A stretch of 64,000 nucleotides of DNA from Salinisphaera sp. (GCF_035690525.1 NZ_DASSKM010000085.1:5952-69951), one strand, 5' to 3'. Shown: positions 19,841 through 29,137, counted from the stretch's first letter. Made by a program: numbers and translations. The notes: generated from the sequence alone by a model not told the origin.

Positions 19841-19945
19841 AGTCCGCAAATGAACGCGAAAAACGCAAATAAAAATAAATTTTTCTTTATTTGCATACAT
19901 CGGCGTTTATTTGCGGACTTGCTCTTTTTCTTATCGGCTATCGTT
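19841..19945. repeat. AT-rich dispersed repeat, copy 1, with internal inverted repeat
   Basis: agtccgcaaatgaacgc (19841-57) pairs with gcgtttatttgcggact (19903-19); 19898-19945 is the exact reverse complement of 63925-63972. Confidence 0.85.
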
Positions 19946-19966
19946 ACATCATGGTAGCGGTTGGTA

Positions 19967-20800
19967 TTAGTCCAGAAACTCGATCAACGCGCGATTGAAT
20001 TCATCGACATGCGTGGCGTTGACGGCGTGTGGCGCGCCCTGGATCACCACCAGCGAGGCATCCGTTATGCTTTCGGCGGTGCGCTGGCCGGAAACCTCCA
20101 ACGGCACGATGCCATCGGCATCGCCGTGGATGACCAGCGTGGGCACATCGATGCGCGCCAGGTCGGCGCGAAAATCGGTCCGGCCGAAGGCTGCGATGCA
20201 GTCCAGCGTGCCTTTAGGCGACGCGCCCCACGCCAGATTGCGGTGATAGATGCGCGCCGCCTCGCTGACCCACAGGCCATCTTCCTCGGTCGAGAAGAAT
20301 TTGAACGAGAAATCGTCCATGAAGGCCAGCCGGTCGCCGGTCACGCCGGCCTCGAACTGCTCGATGGTGGCGTCGTCCAGACCGCCCTCGGGATTGTCGT
20401 CGGTCTGGTACAGATACGGCGGCACGGCCGCGGCGAACACCGCGCCCGCAATACGCGAACCGCCGTAGGTGCCGAGATAGCGCGCCACTTCGCCGCCGCC
20501 CATGGAAAAGCCGACCAGGGTGGCATCGTGCAGATCCAGCCGTTCCATTAGCGCGTTGAGATCGGCGGCCAGGGTATCGTAGTCGTAGCCGTTCCACGGC
20601 TGGGACGAATGGCCGAAGCCGCGCCGATCGTAGGTGATCACGCGATAGCCGGCCTCGACCAGCGGGCGGACCTGGTTCTCCCAGGAGCGGCCGGACAGCG
20701 GCCAGCCGTGAATCAACACGACCGGGCGCCCGGCGCCGACATCCTCGTAATAAAGCTCGACCGGAGCCGAGTTTTCCGTGGCGACCTGAATATAAGCCAT
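19967..20800 (-). CDS. Alpha/beta hydrolase, non-haem chloroperoxidase/arylesterase type
   Basis: LIHGWPLS, YDRRGFG.S, VGFSMGGGE nucleophile elbow, HGDAD, GAPH. Confidence 0.9.
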   Translation of the reverse strand: MAYIQVATENSAPVELYYEDVGAGRPVVLIHGWPLSGRSWENQVRPLVEAGYRVITYDRRGFGHSSQPWNGYDYDTLAADLNALMERLDLHDATLVGFSMGGGEVARYLGTYGGSRIAGAVFAAAVPPYLYQTDDNPEGGLDDATIEQFEAGVTGDRLAFMDDFSFKFFSTEEDGLWVSEAARIYHRNLAWGASPKGTLDCIAAFGRTDFRADLARIDVPTLVIHGDADGIVPLEVSGQRTAESITDASLVVIQGAPHAVNATHVDEFNRALIEFLD

Positions 20801-20883
20801 TCCTAATCTCCGCTAAAAGCGAGTAATCAACCCGCCCAATATGCGCCGGTGCGTCGCGCTACGAAAGAGCGGGATGGCGAGCG

Positions 20884-22677
20884 TCAGGATGCCCGCGAGG
20901 GATTCAGATCGAGCGAATCGGCGACATCGGCCGCGCCCGCCCCGCCGGTCAGGCGCGGCTTGATCACGGCGTAAACCAGCCCGGTTACCAGCGAACCGGC
21001 GGCAATCGCGCCCAAATAAAGGCCGATGTGGTTGATCGCGTTGGGAATGAGCAGCACGAACAAACCGCCGTGCGGCGCCATCAGCTTGCAACTGAAGTAC
21101 ATGCTCAAGCCGCCGGCCACCGCGCCACCCGCGATGCAGCAAGGGATCACCCGTAACGGGTCGCGGGCGGCGAACGGAATCGCGCCCTCGGTGATGAAGC
21201 ACAGCCCGAGCACCAGCGCGGCCAGGCCGCCTTCGCGCTCGGCGGCATCGAACTTCGGCCGGGCGACCAGGCTGGCCACGCCCAGCCCGATCGGCGGCAC
21301 CATGCCGCCGGCCATGATCGCGGCCATCGGCAGATAGGTATGCGTGGACAACAAGCCCACGCCGAACGCATAGGCGGCCTTGTTGATCGGCCCGCCCATG
21401 TCGAGGCACATCATGCCGCCCAGCAGCAGACCCAGCATCACGGCATCGGTCGAACCCATCGAATTCAGGAAGCTCGTGAGCGTGCTGAGGGTCGCCGCCG
21501 CCGGCGCGCCGATGACATAGATCATGACTAGCCCGGTCGCCAGACTCGACAGCAGCGGGATAATCAGAACCGGGTTGAGCGACTGGATGCTCGCCGGCAG
21601 CGGTACGAGACGCTTGACCGCGAGCGCGGTATAGCCGCCGAGAAAGCCGGCGACAATACCGCCGATGAAGCCGGTACCGATACCGGTGGCCAACCAGCCG
21701 CCGATCAGCCCCGGCGTCAAGCCCGGCCGGCCGGCGATGGAATAGGCGATATAACCGGCCAGCACCGGCACCATCAGCTTGAACGCCGAGCCGGCGCCGA
21801 TCTGCATCAGCGCGGCCGCGAAGCTGCCCTGTTCGTCCGCGGCATGAATGCCGAACGCGAACGACAACGCGATGCACAAACCGCCGGCCACCACCATCGG
21901 CAGCATGAACGACGCGCCAGCCGACAAATGTTTATAGACGCCGCGGTCCTTGATGCCGTCTTTCACGGCGTCCTGGGGCTCCGGCTCCGGCGCCGGTGCG
22001 CCGCCTTCGGCCGGGCCTTCGGGCTCGACCGCGGCCTCCGCCAACGCGGCCTCGATCGTCGCCCGCGCGCGCTGCAACGCCGCGCCGGTCGAGGCGCGAT
22101 AGACCCGCTTACCGGCAAAGCGAGAGTCGTCCACTTCGATATCGCAGGCCAGCAGCACGATATCCGCCGCCGCGATCTCCTCGTCGGTGAGCGCGTCCCG
22201 GGCTCCGACCGAGCCCTGGGTTTCGATCCGCACCTCGTGGCCCATCGAACGTCCGGCATCGGTCAATGCCTCGGCGACCATGAAGGTATGCGCCACGCCG
22301 GACGGGCAGGCCGCGATGCCGACGATGCGGGCGCCGTCGCCGCCGGCCCGACTCACCGGCTCGGCCGCCGGCTCCGGTTCGAGCTCGGCATCCTCGGCCG
22401 GATCGTAGGGCGTCGCCGCCCCTCGCGCGGTTTCGATCACGCGTCCGGGATCGGCCAGCGCATCGGCCGGCGTCGCGCGATACAGCGGCCGGCCTGCGTA
22501 GCGCGACAGATCGACCGGCGCGCTGGCGGCAACGATGACCAGATCGGCCGCGCCCGGATTCTCGCCGTGAACGGCCGGCGTATGCCCGGCCCGCTCGGCC
22601 GCCCGCGCCAGCCGCTGCGCCGCCAGCCACGACGTGGCATTTCCGCCGGGACAGGCCGTGACTATGGTGATATTCAT
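20884..22677 (-). CDS. fruA: PTS fructose transporter EIIB'BC
   Basis: Duplicated IIB domains (TACPGG degenerate; AACPSGVAHTFM active), ETQG, DMGGPINKAAY, FITEGAIPFA. Confidence 0.92.
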   Translation of the reverse strand: MNITIVTACPGGNATSWLAAQRLARAAERAGHTPAVHGENPGAADLVIVAASAPVDLSRYAGRPLYRATPADALADPGRVIETARGAATPYDPAEDAELEPEPAAEPVSRAGGDGARIVGIAACPSGVAHTFMVAEALTDAGRSMGHEVRIETQGSVGARDALTDEEIAAADIVLLACDIEVDDSRFAGKRVYRASTGAALQRARATIEAALAEAAVEPEGPAEGGAPAPEPEPQDAVKDGIKDRGVYKHLSAGASFMLPMVVAGGLCIALSFAFGIHAADEQGSFAAALMQIGAGSAFKLMVPVLAGYIAYSIAGRPGLTPGLIGGWLATGIGTGFIGGIVAGFLGGYTALAVKRLVPLPASIQSLNPVLIIPLLSSLATGLVMIYVIGAPAAATLSTLTSFLNSMGSTDAVMLGLLLGGMMCLDMGGPINKAAYAFGVGLLSTHTYLPMAAIMAGGMVPPIGLGVASLVARPKFDAAEREGGLAALVLGLCFITEGAIPFAARDPLRVIPCCIAGGAVAGGLSMYFSCKLMAPHGGLFVLLIPNAINHIGLYLGAIAAGSLVTGLVYAVIKPRLTGGAGAADVADSLDLNPSRAS

Positions 22678-22701
22678 TCTTCGACTCCAGGGTCTGTTTT
22701 T

Positions 22702-25605
22702 TCAATCCGCCGGCGCCCGGAAATCGGCGGTCTCGAGCTGTTCGCGCACCTCGGCGGCGGTGGCCAACGCCAACAGCGTTTCAACACGGGTGGAGGATTC
22801 GGCCTGCGACAGCCGGCGAACGCGCGCCTTGACCAGTGGCACTTGACGCGCGTTGACCGAAAGTTCGTTGACGCCGAGCCCGACCAGTACGTCGACCGCT
22901 TGGGCATCGCTGGCCAGCTCGCCGCAGACGCCGACCCAGCAATCATGCGCTTCGGCCGCCGCCACGGTCATCAGGATCAAGCGCAGCACGGCCGGATGCA
23001 GGCCGTCGGCCTGGCCCGACAACTGCGGATGGCCGCGGTCGATCGCCAGCGTGTACTGAGTCAGATCGTTGGTGCCGATGGAGAAGAAGTCGACGTGCGG
23101 CGCCAGCGTGTCGGCCAGCAACGCACAAGATGGCACCTCGACCATCACGCCGAGCTGGACATCGACGCGCTCGAACTCGCCGAGCACGCGCTCGTAGATG
23201 GCCTTGGCCGCATGGAACTCGGCCGCGTCCTTGACCATCGGGAACATGATGCGCAACGGACGGCCTTCGGCCGCGGTAATCAACGCGCGTATCTGGGTTT
23301 CCAGGATCTGCGGCCGATTGAGCGCCAGCCGAATACCGCGCAGCCCGAGAAACGGATTGCCCTCCGGCGGCACCGGCCAATAGTCGAGCGGTTTGTCGCC
23401 GCCGACATCCAGCGTGCGCGCCACCAGCGGCCGATCCGGGCCGAGCGCGTCGAAAGCCCGTCTGTACTCGGCGACCTGGGTGTCCAGATCAGGCGCGGCG
23501 GGATGGGCCATGAAGATGAATTCGGTCCGCAGCAAGCCCACGCCCTCGGCGCCGCGTTCGACCGCGTCGGCGGCGTGCGCGGTATTGCCGAGGTTGGCCG
23601 CGACCTCGATGCGCACATCATCGGTGGTAATCGCCGGTTCGAAGCGGGTGGCGAACGCCTCGGCCTCGAGTTCGGCGCGTTCGGCGATCGCCCGCTCGGC
23701 GCGCTCGCGGCGCTCGGCGGCGGGCGAGGGCACCACGCGACCGCGCTCGCCGTCGATGATCATCTCGATACCGTCGGCGAGCGACAGCACGCCCTCGCCA
23801 GCGCCGACCACCGCGGCGATGCCGAGCGAGCGCGCCAGGATCGCGCTGTGCGAGGTGGCCCCGCCCTTGGCCGTGAGCAGGCCGCGCACGCGCTCGGTAT
23901 CGAGCTGGGCCACGTCCGCCGGCCCGATGTCCTCGGCCACCAGAATATAGGGATGGTCCGGCGGCTGAGGCATGGCCACGCCGCAAAGCAGCCCCAGCAC
24001 ACGCCGGCCGACGTCGCGCAGATCGGCGGCGCGCTCGGCGAGAATCCGGTCGGGCAGCGCGGCCTGGGCCCGGGCCGAGGTCTCGACGGCCGACCACCAA
24101 CCGGCCTCGGCGGACGCGCCTTCGTTGATCGCCTCGATCGCGGCCTCGCGCAGCTCGGGATCGCGCAGCATCTCTTCGTGCATGGACAGGATCTCGGCCA
24201 TGTCGCCGCCGTCGGCCGCCCGGGTCAGCACGGCAAGCTGGCCGTAGGCGGCCCGAATGGCGGCATCGAGCCGCTTGCGCTCGCCGATCGAGTCGTCCGA
24301 GGTTTCGGCGTAATCGAATTCCGGCAACCGCAGCACGAACACCGGCGCGATCGCCATGCCGGGCGAGGCCGGCACCGCGTCGAGCGCGGTATCGGCGGCC
24401 GGCGCCGGCGCATAGACACGCGGCTCGGCCTTGTTGCGCGACGGCCGGGCCGCGCCGGTGTCCTCCAGCGGCAACACGTCTTCTCCGAGGCCGGAACGCA
24501 CGGCGTTGCCGATCGCCTCGAGCGCGGCGGTCGCGCCCTCGTTCCCGCCTTGGCCTTCGGCCGAGAACACCAGCATCTGGCCGCGTCGCGCGCCGAGCCC
24601 GAGCACCCGGGTCAGACTCGCCGCGGATACCGGATCAGCGCCGCCCGACTCCAGCCTTACCTTGATCGGCAGGCGCTGCTCGCGCGCGACCTGTACCAGA
24701 TTCTTGGCCGGGCGCGCATGCAGGCCGTGGGCGTTGCGCACGCGCACGCGCAGCACCTCGGTGGCGGCCGATTCGCCGGCCAGACGGCCGATAAGCTCGG
24801 CGGCGTCGAGCTGCGCCAGACCGGCCGCTTCGCCGGATTCGAGCACCGCCAGAATACGTTCGAGCAGGCTTCGCGTCGCGTCGGCGGCGGCGCGGCCGGC
24901 GTGCGCCGCGCGTGCCAACACGAACACCGCGGCGGCATCGGCCACCTCGGCCGGCGTGGCCACGCCGAGCGCCGGCTGCGTGACCTCGGCGCTGCCCTCG
25001 ACAAGCCAGAGCTTGTCGCCGAGCGATACCGGGGTCTGACCCACGATCTCGCCGATGAAGGCCGGCCCGGCCACGCCGGCTTCCAGCAGCCGTGCGGCGG
25101 CCACCATAGCCAGACTCTCACGCGAGGACACCGGCACCCGCGCCGCCACCGTCGCGCGATCCAGCCGCGGCTCGACCGGCGTCCGCGACAACAGCGCGAT
25201 GACATCGGCGGCTTTTTCGGCCCTCGCCAGCCCTTCGGCCACGCCGGGCGCATCCAGCACATGGGTGAGCCGGCGCAGGATATCCAGATGTTCGTCGTTG
25301 ACCGCGGCGATGGTAATGATCAGCGATACCCGGTTGCCGTCGTGCCAATCCAGCCCGTCGGGATATTGCAGCAGGCGCAGACCGGTGGTCTTGACGTAAT
25401 CGCGCGATGCCGGCGTGCCGTGTGGAATGGCGATGCCGTTGCCGACATAGGTCGAAGACTCGCCCTCGCGCTGAAACAACGCCTGACCGTAGGCGGGATC
25501 GACCAAACCGGCCCGGGAGAGCGCCGCACCGGCCTGGATCAGGGCGTCGCGCCAGTCGTCGGCGGTCTGATCGAGCAGAACGGCATCGGGAGTAAGTTCG
25601 AGCAT
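22702..25605 (-). CDS. fruB: Multiphosphoryl transfer protein (EIIA-HPr-EI)
   Basis: GIAIPHG (IIA), GLHARPA (HPr), GGATSHSAILAR and DFFSIGTNDLTQY (EI). Confidence 0.92.
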   Translation of the reverse strand: MLELTPDAVLLDQTADDWRDALIQAGAALSRAGLVDPAYGQALFQREGESSTYVGNGIAIPHGTPASRDYVKTTGLRLLQYPDGLDWHDGNRVSLIITIAAVNDEHLDILRRLTHVLDAPGVAEGLARAEKAADVIALLSRTPVEPRLDRATVAARVPVSSRESLAMVAAARLLEAGVAGPAFIGEIVGQTPVSLGDKLWLVEGSAEVTQPALGVATPAEVADAAAVFVLARAAHAGRAAADATRSLLERILAVLESGEAAGLAQLDAAELIGRLAGESAATEVLRVRVRNAHGLHARPAKNLVQVAREQRLPIKVRLESGGADPVSAASLTRVLGLGARRGQMLVFSAEGQGGNEGATAALEAIGNAVRSGLGEDVLPLEDTGAARPSRNKAEPRVYAPAPAADTALDAVPASPGMAIAPVFVLRLPEFDYAETSDDSIGERKRLDAAIRAAYGQLAVLTRAADGGDMAEILSMHEEMLRDPELREAAIEAINEGASAEAGWWSAVETSARAQAALPDRILAERAADLRDVGRRVLGLLCGVAMPQPPDHPYILVAEDIGPADVAQLDTERVRGLLTAKGGATSHSAILARSLGIAAVVGAGEGVLSLADGIEMIIDGERGRVVPSPAAERRERAERAIAERAELEAEAFATRFEPAITTDDVRIEVAANLGNTAHAADAVERGAEGVGLLRTEFIFMAHPAAPDLDTQVAEYRRAFDALGPDRPLVARTLDVGGDKPLDYWPVPPEGNPFLGLRGIRLALNRPQILETQIRALITAAEGRPLRIMFPMVKDAAEFHAAKAIYERVLGEFERVDVQLGVMVEVPSCALLADTLAPHVDFFSIGTNDLTQYTLAIDRGHPQLSGQADGLHPAVLRLILMTVAAAEAHDCWVGVCGELASDAQAVDVLVGLGVNELSVNARQVPLVKARVRRLSQAESSTRVETLLALATAAEVREQLETADFRAPAD

Positions 25606-25740
25606 GGCAACTCCGGGAACGGGCGATCCGCGACAACGGCGGCTACATCTTTCGGCGTATAGCTGAAACCATGCCGACGCAAAATCAAGTAAAAATCAGC
25701 GCTCCAGACAAAAGTCTTACACAAGAAGAACCGATTCGCG

Positions 25741-25958
25741 ATGAACGCCCGTACGCTTGCCGATATAGCCCACCTGGCAGGCCCACCTGGCGGGGTGTCG
25801 CGGACCACGCCGCGGCCGGCTACGTGATCAACAGCGAGGCCGAGGCGGCGCTCGAGCGCATGTGGGCCGCGCTGCGCGGGATCGCTCGCCCGGACGGAGT
25901 CGTATTCATCGCCTGCTCATCCGCCGTATGCCAAAAAGTTCCAACAAGCGGAACATAA
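25741..25958 (+). pseudogene. cra: Decayed LacI-type FruR/Cra regulator (N-terminal HTH relic)
   Basis: MNARTLADIAHLAG..GVSRTT then, in another frame, AGYVINSEAE; compare Cra IARLAGVSRTTASYVING; interrupted by short duplications. Confidence 0.7.
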
Positions 25959-26077
25959 GTTCCAGCTATCTGAGACATTAGTCTTATGCCTAGCCTTCGG
26001 CGATGGGCAGGGCCTGCCATCGCGGATATTTTAGACGTAGCTTTTTCTATTTCCCCCTGTATTCAAGGAGATTCGAT

Positions 26078-27511
26078 ATGGCCGGTGCTACTGGTGCTGC
26101 AACATCGACATCGAAATCGACGCCCGAAAGCGTCACGCACGCCGAAATCGTGCCCATGGTCTGGCTGTCCTGCGGCTTGGCCGCCTTGGCCGGCCTGCTG
26201 TTCGGCATGGACATCGGCGTCATATCGGGCGCGCTACCCTTCATCAAGCAGGACTTCAACCTGTCCTCGGCGATGGAAGGCTGGATCGTGTCCTCCATGA
26301 TGGTGGGCGCCGCCATCGGCGCCCTGTCCGCCGGCTCGATCTCCAAGAGCATGGGCCGCAAACGCGCACTGCTGGTCTCGTCGCTGCTGTTCATCGTCGG
26401 CGCGATAATCTGCGTGGTCACGCCCGGGCCGACGCTGCTGTGGATCGGCCGTATCGTGCTCGGGCTGGCGGTGGGCGTGGCCTCGTTCACCGCGCCGCTG
26501 TATCTGTCGGAAGTCACGCCCGAGCGCATCCGCGGCACGACGATCTCGTTTTATCAACTGATGGTGACCATCGGTATTTTGGCCGCCTTCGTCTCCAACC
26601 TGCTGTTCTCTTATATCGAGAGCTGGCGCTGGATGTTCGGCGTGCTGGTGATCCCGGCCGTGCTGCTGTTCTTCGGCGCCCTGGCGGTGCCCAACAGCCC
26701 GCGTTGGCTTGCCGCAAAGGACCGGATCGACGAGGCCCGCAACGTATTGTCCCGGCTGCGTGGCACCTCCGAGGAGGTCGAATACGAGATGGGCGAGATC
26801 CAGGAAGCGATCGAACAGGAGTCCGAGTCGCAGGGTTACGCGCTGTTCAAGCACAACCCGAACTTCCGCCGGTCCGTTTTTCTGGGCATCGCGCTGCAAC
26901 TCGTGCAGCAGTTCACCGGCATGAACGTCATCATGTATTACGCCCCGGAAATCTTTAAGATGTCGGGCTTCGACGGCACGTCGGCCAGTCTTTGGGCGAC
27001 CGTGATCACCGGTCTGACCAACGTGCTGGCCACCTTCATCGCCATCGCCTTCATCGATCGTTGGGGCCGTAAACCGATTCTCTACGCCGGCTTTGCCATC
27101 ATGGCTGTGACCATGGCGTTGCTGAGCTTCATCCTGACGTTCGGCGCCAGCACGGCCTTGCTGCAATACGGCGCGCTGGCGATGGTACTGCTGTTCGTGG
27201 TCGGCTTCGCCATGTCCGCGGGCCCGCTGATCTGGACGCTGTGCGCCGAAATCCAGCCGATTCGGGGCCGGGATTTCGGGATCGGGGCCTCGACCGGCGC
27301 CAACTGGATCGGCAACTTCTGCATCGGCTTCTTCTTCCCGGTCATGATTGCCGGCATCGGCGGGCCGTGGACCTTCGGTATCCTGGCCGCGGTCAACGCC
27401 TTGTTCATCGTGTTCACGCTGTGCCTCGTACCCGAAACCAAAGGCATCTCGCTGGAGAAGATCGAAAAGAACCTGCTGTCCGGCAAGGCGCTGAACAAGA
27501 TCGGCGTATAA
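26078..27511 (+). CDS. Sugar porter family MFS transporter (GalP-like)
   Basis: GLLFGMDIGVISGA, GRKRAL, PLYLSE..P..IRG, QQFTGMNVIMYYAP, VPETKG; RBS AAGGAG before ATG 26078. Confidence 0.92.
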   Translation: MAGATGAATSTSKSTPESVTHAEIVPMVWLSCGLAALAGLLFGMDIGVISGALPFIKQDFNLSSAMEGWIVSSMMVGAAIGALSAGSISKSMGRKRALLVSSLLFIVGAIICVVTPGPTLLWIGRIVLGLAVGVASFTAPLYLSEVTPERIRGTTISFYQLMVTIGILAAFVSNLLFSYIESWRWMFGVLVIPAVLLFFGALAVPNSPRWLAAKDRIDEARNVLSRLRGTSEEVEYEMGEIQEAIEQESESQGYALFKHNPNFRRSVFLGIALQLVQQFTGMNVIMYYAPEIFKMSGFDGTSASLWATVITGLTNVLATFIAIAFIDRWGRKPILYAGFAIMAVTMALLSFILTFGASTALLQYGALAMVLLFVVGFAMSAGPLIWTLCAEIQPIRGRDFGIGASTGANWIGNFCIGFFFPVMIAGIGGPWTFGILAAVNALFIVFTLCLVPETKGISLEKIEKNLLSGKALNKIGV

Positions 27512-27677
27512 CGACCAAGGACCGGCGGCGACGCGGCGGTTTCGTCGCGCCGTCGCCTGCCTGCTGCTAGAGGCTCGAACACGAGCAACGTCTGGGATCG
27601 CGCCCGCGACAACCGGGCCGCCGAATATTGCGACCACGCCCTGCCGATTTTCGTACCAACCTTCGGCTTCTTCGGAA

Positions 27678-27719
27678 TCAGCTACCGCCCTGGTTTCGAC
27701 ACACGTCGAAACGCGCCAT
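27678..27719 (-). pseudogene. ccdB: ccdB toxin stub (13 codons then stop)
   Basis: MARFDVCRNQGGS*; ATG overlaps the ccdA stop (TGATG). Confidence 0.6.
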
Positions 27720-27943
27720 CAGAACTGGCGATGCTGGGATAGCGGAAGGCTGTTGGAGTCGACATACTCGTTAGAACTCTTCAAGGCAGCTTCATTATCC
27801 TAAAGCCACTGCTCCCGTTTTGAATGTCTCACGGCTTCAGCAATACCTGCCTCAACGGACCTTGATGCGTTGGCCCCAAGTGCCTTCGCTTCCTGGAACG
27901 AGGCATTATCAAGAGACAGGTTTGTTGGCCTTCTCGTGGGCAT
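27719..27943 (-). pseudogene. ccdA: CcdA antitoxin with in-frame amber stop
   Basis: Manual translation MPTRRPTNLSLDNASFQEAKALGANASRSVEAGIAEAVRHSKREQWL*DNEAALKSSNEYVDSNSLPLSQHRQF*; TAG at 27800-27802. Confidence 0.82.
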
Positions 27944-28302
27944 TACCGTCGAGTTCCTTCCTTACGTCCGAGACTCTCGGCCAGAAATGAGGAAACAAGA
28001 GCATTCATGCTAACGCCTTCCTGCCGCGCGCGAGCAGTAAGGCGCGCATGCAAACTACGCGGAACTCTGGCAATAAATTTTCCACTGGGAAGCTCACCGG
28101 GATTAGGCACTTCGCGCCCGGCCTCTCTTGCTGCCTGGAGCCACGCCGCGTAGGCATCTTTACCGTTTGCAATAGCTTCCTCCGGTGTTTCACCATCGGA
28201 AATGCACCCTGGCAAATCCGGAAAGGAAATTAGCCAGCCGCCACCTTCTTCGTTGGCCAGAGGCCGTAACTCGAACGGGTAATCAAATTCCTGCTGCATC
28301 AC
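27943..28302 (-). CDS. hicB: HicB family antitoxin
   Basis: EEGGGWLISFPDLPGCISDGET.EEA, C-terminal SGKF..R+P.SLH..L...A..EGVSMN. Confidence 0.9.
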   Translation of the reverse strand: MMQQEFDYPFELRPLANEEGGGWLISFPDLPGCISDGETPEEAIANGKDAYAAWLQAAREAGREVPNPGELPSGKFIARVPRSLHARLTARARQEGVSMNALVSSFLAESLGRKEGTRR

Positions 28303-28538
28303 TGAACTCCGATATCTTCCAGTAGAGCAAGAAACTGGGTAATGTAAACCGGCTTAATAGGACGTTTGAACGGCACGGTAACTGCTAATTCCGAATCCGG
28401 GTGCAGAAAAACAAAGTGGCTGCCACCCGTTTTTCGAACATCAACGCCATGTCTCTGGGCAACCGTCTCTAAGGACTCCATACGCCAATCCTTCGGATTA
28501 CGACGCATCTTCTCCAGAATTTTGTCGGCCTTACTCAT
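28299..28538 (-). CDS. hicA: HicA family toxin
   Basis: 79 aa; GGSH motif, +TVP..+PIKPVY+; overlaps the hicB start. Confidence 0.85.
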   Translation of the reverse strand: MSKADKILEKMRRNPKDWRMESLETVAQRHGVDVRKTGGSHFVFLHPDSELAVTVPFKRPIKPVYITQFLALLEDIGVQ

Positions 28539-28585
28539 GGGTTATGATATTCCCATTAGTATCAAGTAACAAGATTCTCTTTGAT

Positions 28586-28680
28586 GCCTAATGCCCAATG
28601 CCCAAGCTCACTTGCCGCCAGAGCAGCCGAAGGCTGCGGAGGGACCAAACCGCGAAGCGGTTTGGCAGTCAACTGCAGAG
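28586..28680 (-). mobile_element. Degenerate integron attC site
   Basis: L''-like GCTCTGCAGTTG, two internal hairpins, L'-like CAAGTGAGC, then ATTGGGC ATTAGGC in place of GTTRRRY; R'' absent. Confidence 0.6.
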
Positions 28681-29033
28681 CCTAGTGGAAAACGTGTCTG
28701 GAAACGTGTCTGACCCCTTTCCGTGCACAGAAAACGTGTCTGGAAAACGTGTCTGACCCCTTTCCGAGACCCTTTCCGGGAAAACGTGTCTGACCCCTTT
28801 CCGCCTTTCCGGGAAAACGTGTCTGACCCCTTTCCGAATGCAATTTCTGGAATGGTTTGGTCGTCTGGCGGGTATGGCAGCCAGACGAACGCGGCATCTT
28901 CCTTGTTAGGCTGGTCTGTCTGAACGACTACCCCCAGCGAAGTAGCAATATCAAAAGCTGTAACCTTGACGGTTGTTCGGCTTGGTTTTCCGAATTCAGA
29001 CGTCAGGCGATCAATAACCTGTAACTTGAACAT
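28608..29033 (-). pseudogene. Cassette-borne hypothetical gene whose 3' half is replaced by the tandem repeat
   Basis: RBS GAGG and ATG directly after an attC core; about 65 ordinary residues, then KGSDTFSRK repeat translation running into the attC. Confidence 0.65.
28687..28836. repeat. Irregular tandem direct repeat, unit GGAAAACGTGTCTGACCCCTTTCCG
   Basis: Six copies of core AAACGTGTCT, four near-full 24-25-nt units and two partial CCTTTCCG pieces, with no unique spacers. Confidence 0.92.
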
Positions 29034-29065
29034 TTAACCTCACAACAATAAAGAGATATCGCGCC

Positions 29066-29137
29066 GCCTAACGCTTGAGCTCAGCCGCCGGCAGCCCGCG
29101 TAGCGGGATGACGGTCGGCTGCAGCGATTTGTTAGCG
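29066..29137 (-). mobile_element. Intact integron attC site (72 bp)
   Basis: Minus strand CGCTAAC-AAATC-GCTGCAGCCG...CGGCTGAGC-TCAAGC-GTTAGGC: R'', L'' with extrahelical G, L', R'; the upstream gene's TAA lies in R''. Confidence 0.88.

Noticed and set aside
21844-25662. 1272-aa plus-strand ORF
   Set aside because: Antisense shadow of fruB/fruA typical of high-GC DNA, with no motifs. The same applies to most long Arg/Gly-rich ORFs in the track.
25660-25740. Cra operator upstream of fruB
   Set aside because: Only half-site matches (GCTGAAAC; GAACCGATTC); too weak to call.
27570-27680. ParE/RelE-like fragment (EEAEGWYENRQ) downstream of the ccdB stub
   Set aside because: Only a few residues of resemblance, with no start or continuation; cannot be supported.
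28687-28836. CRISPR array
   Set aside because: The repeats abut each other with no unique, constant-length spacers, and there are no cas genes in the window.
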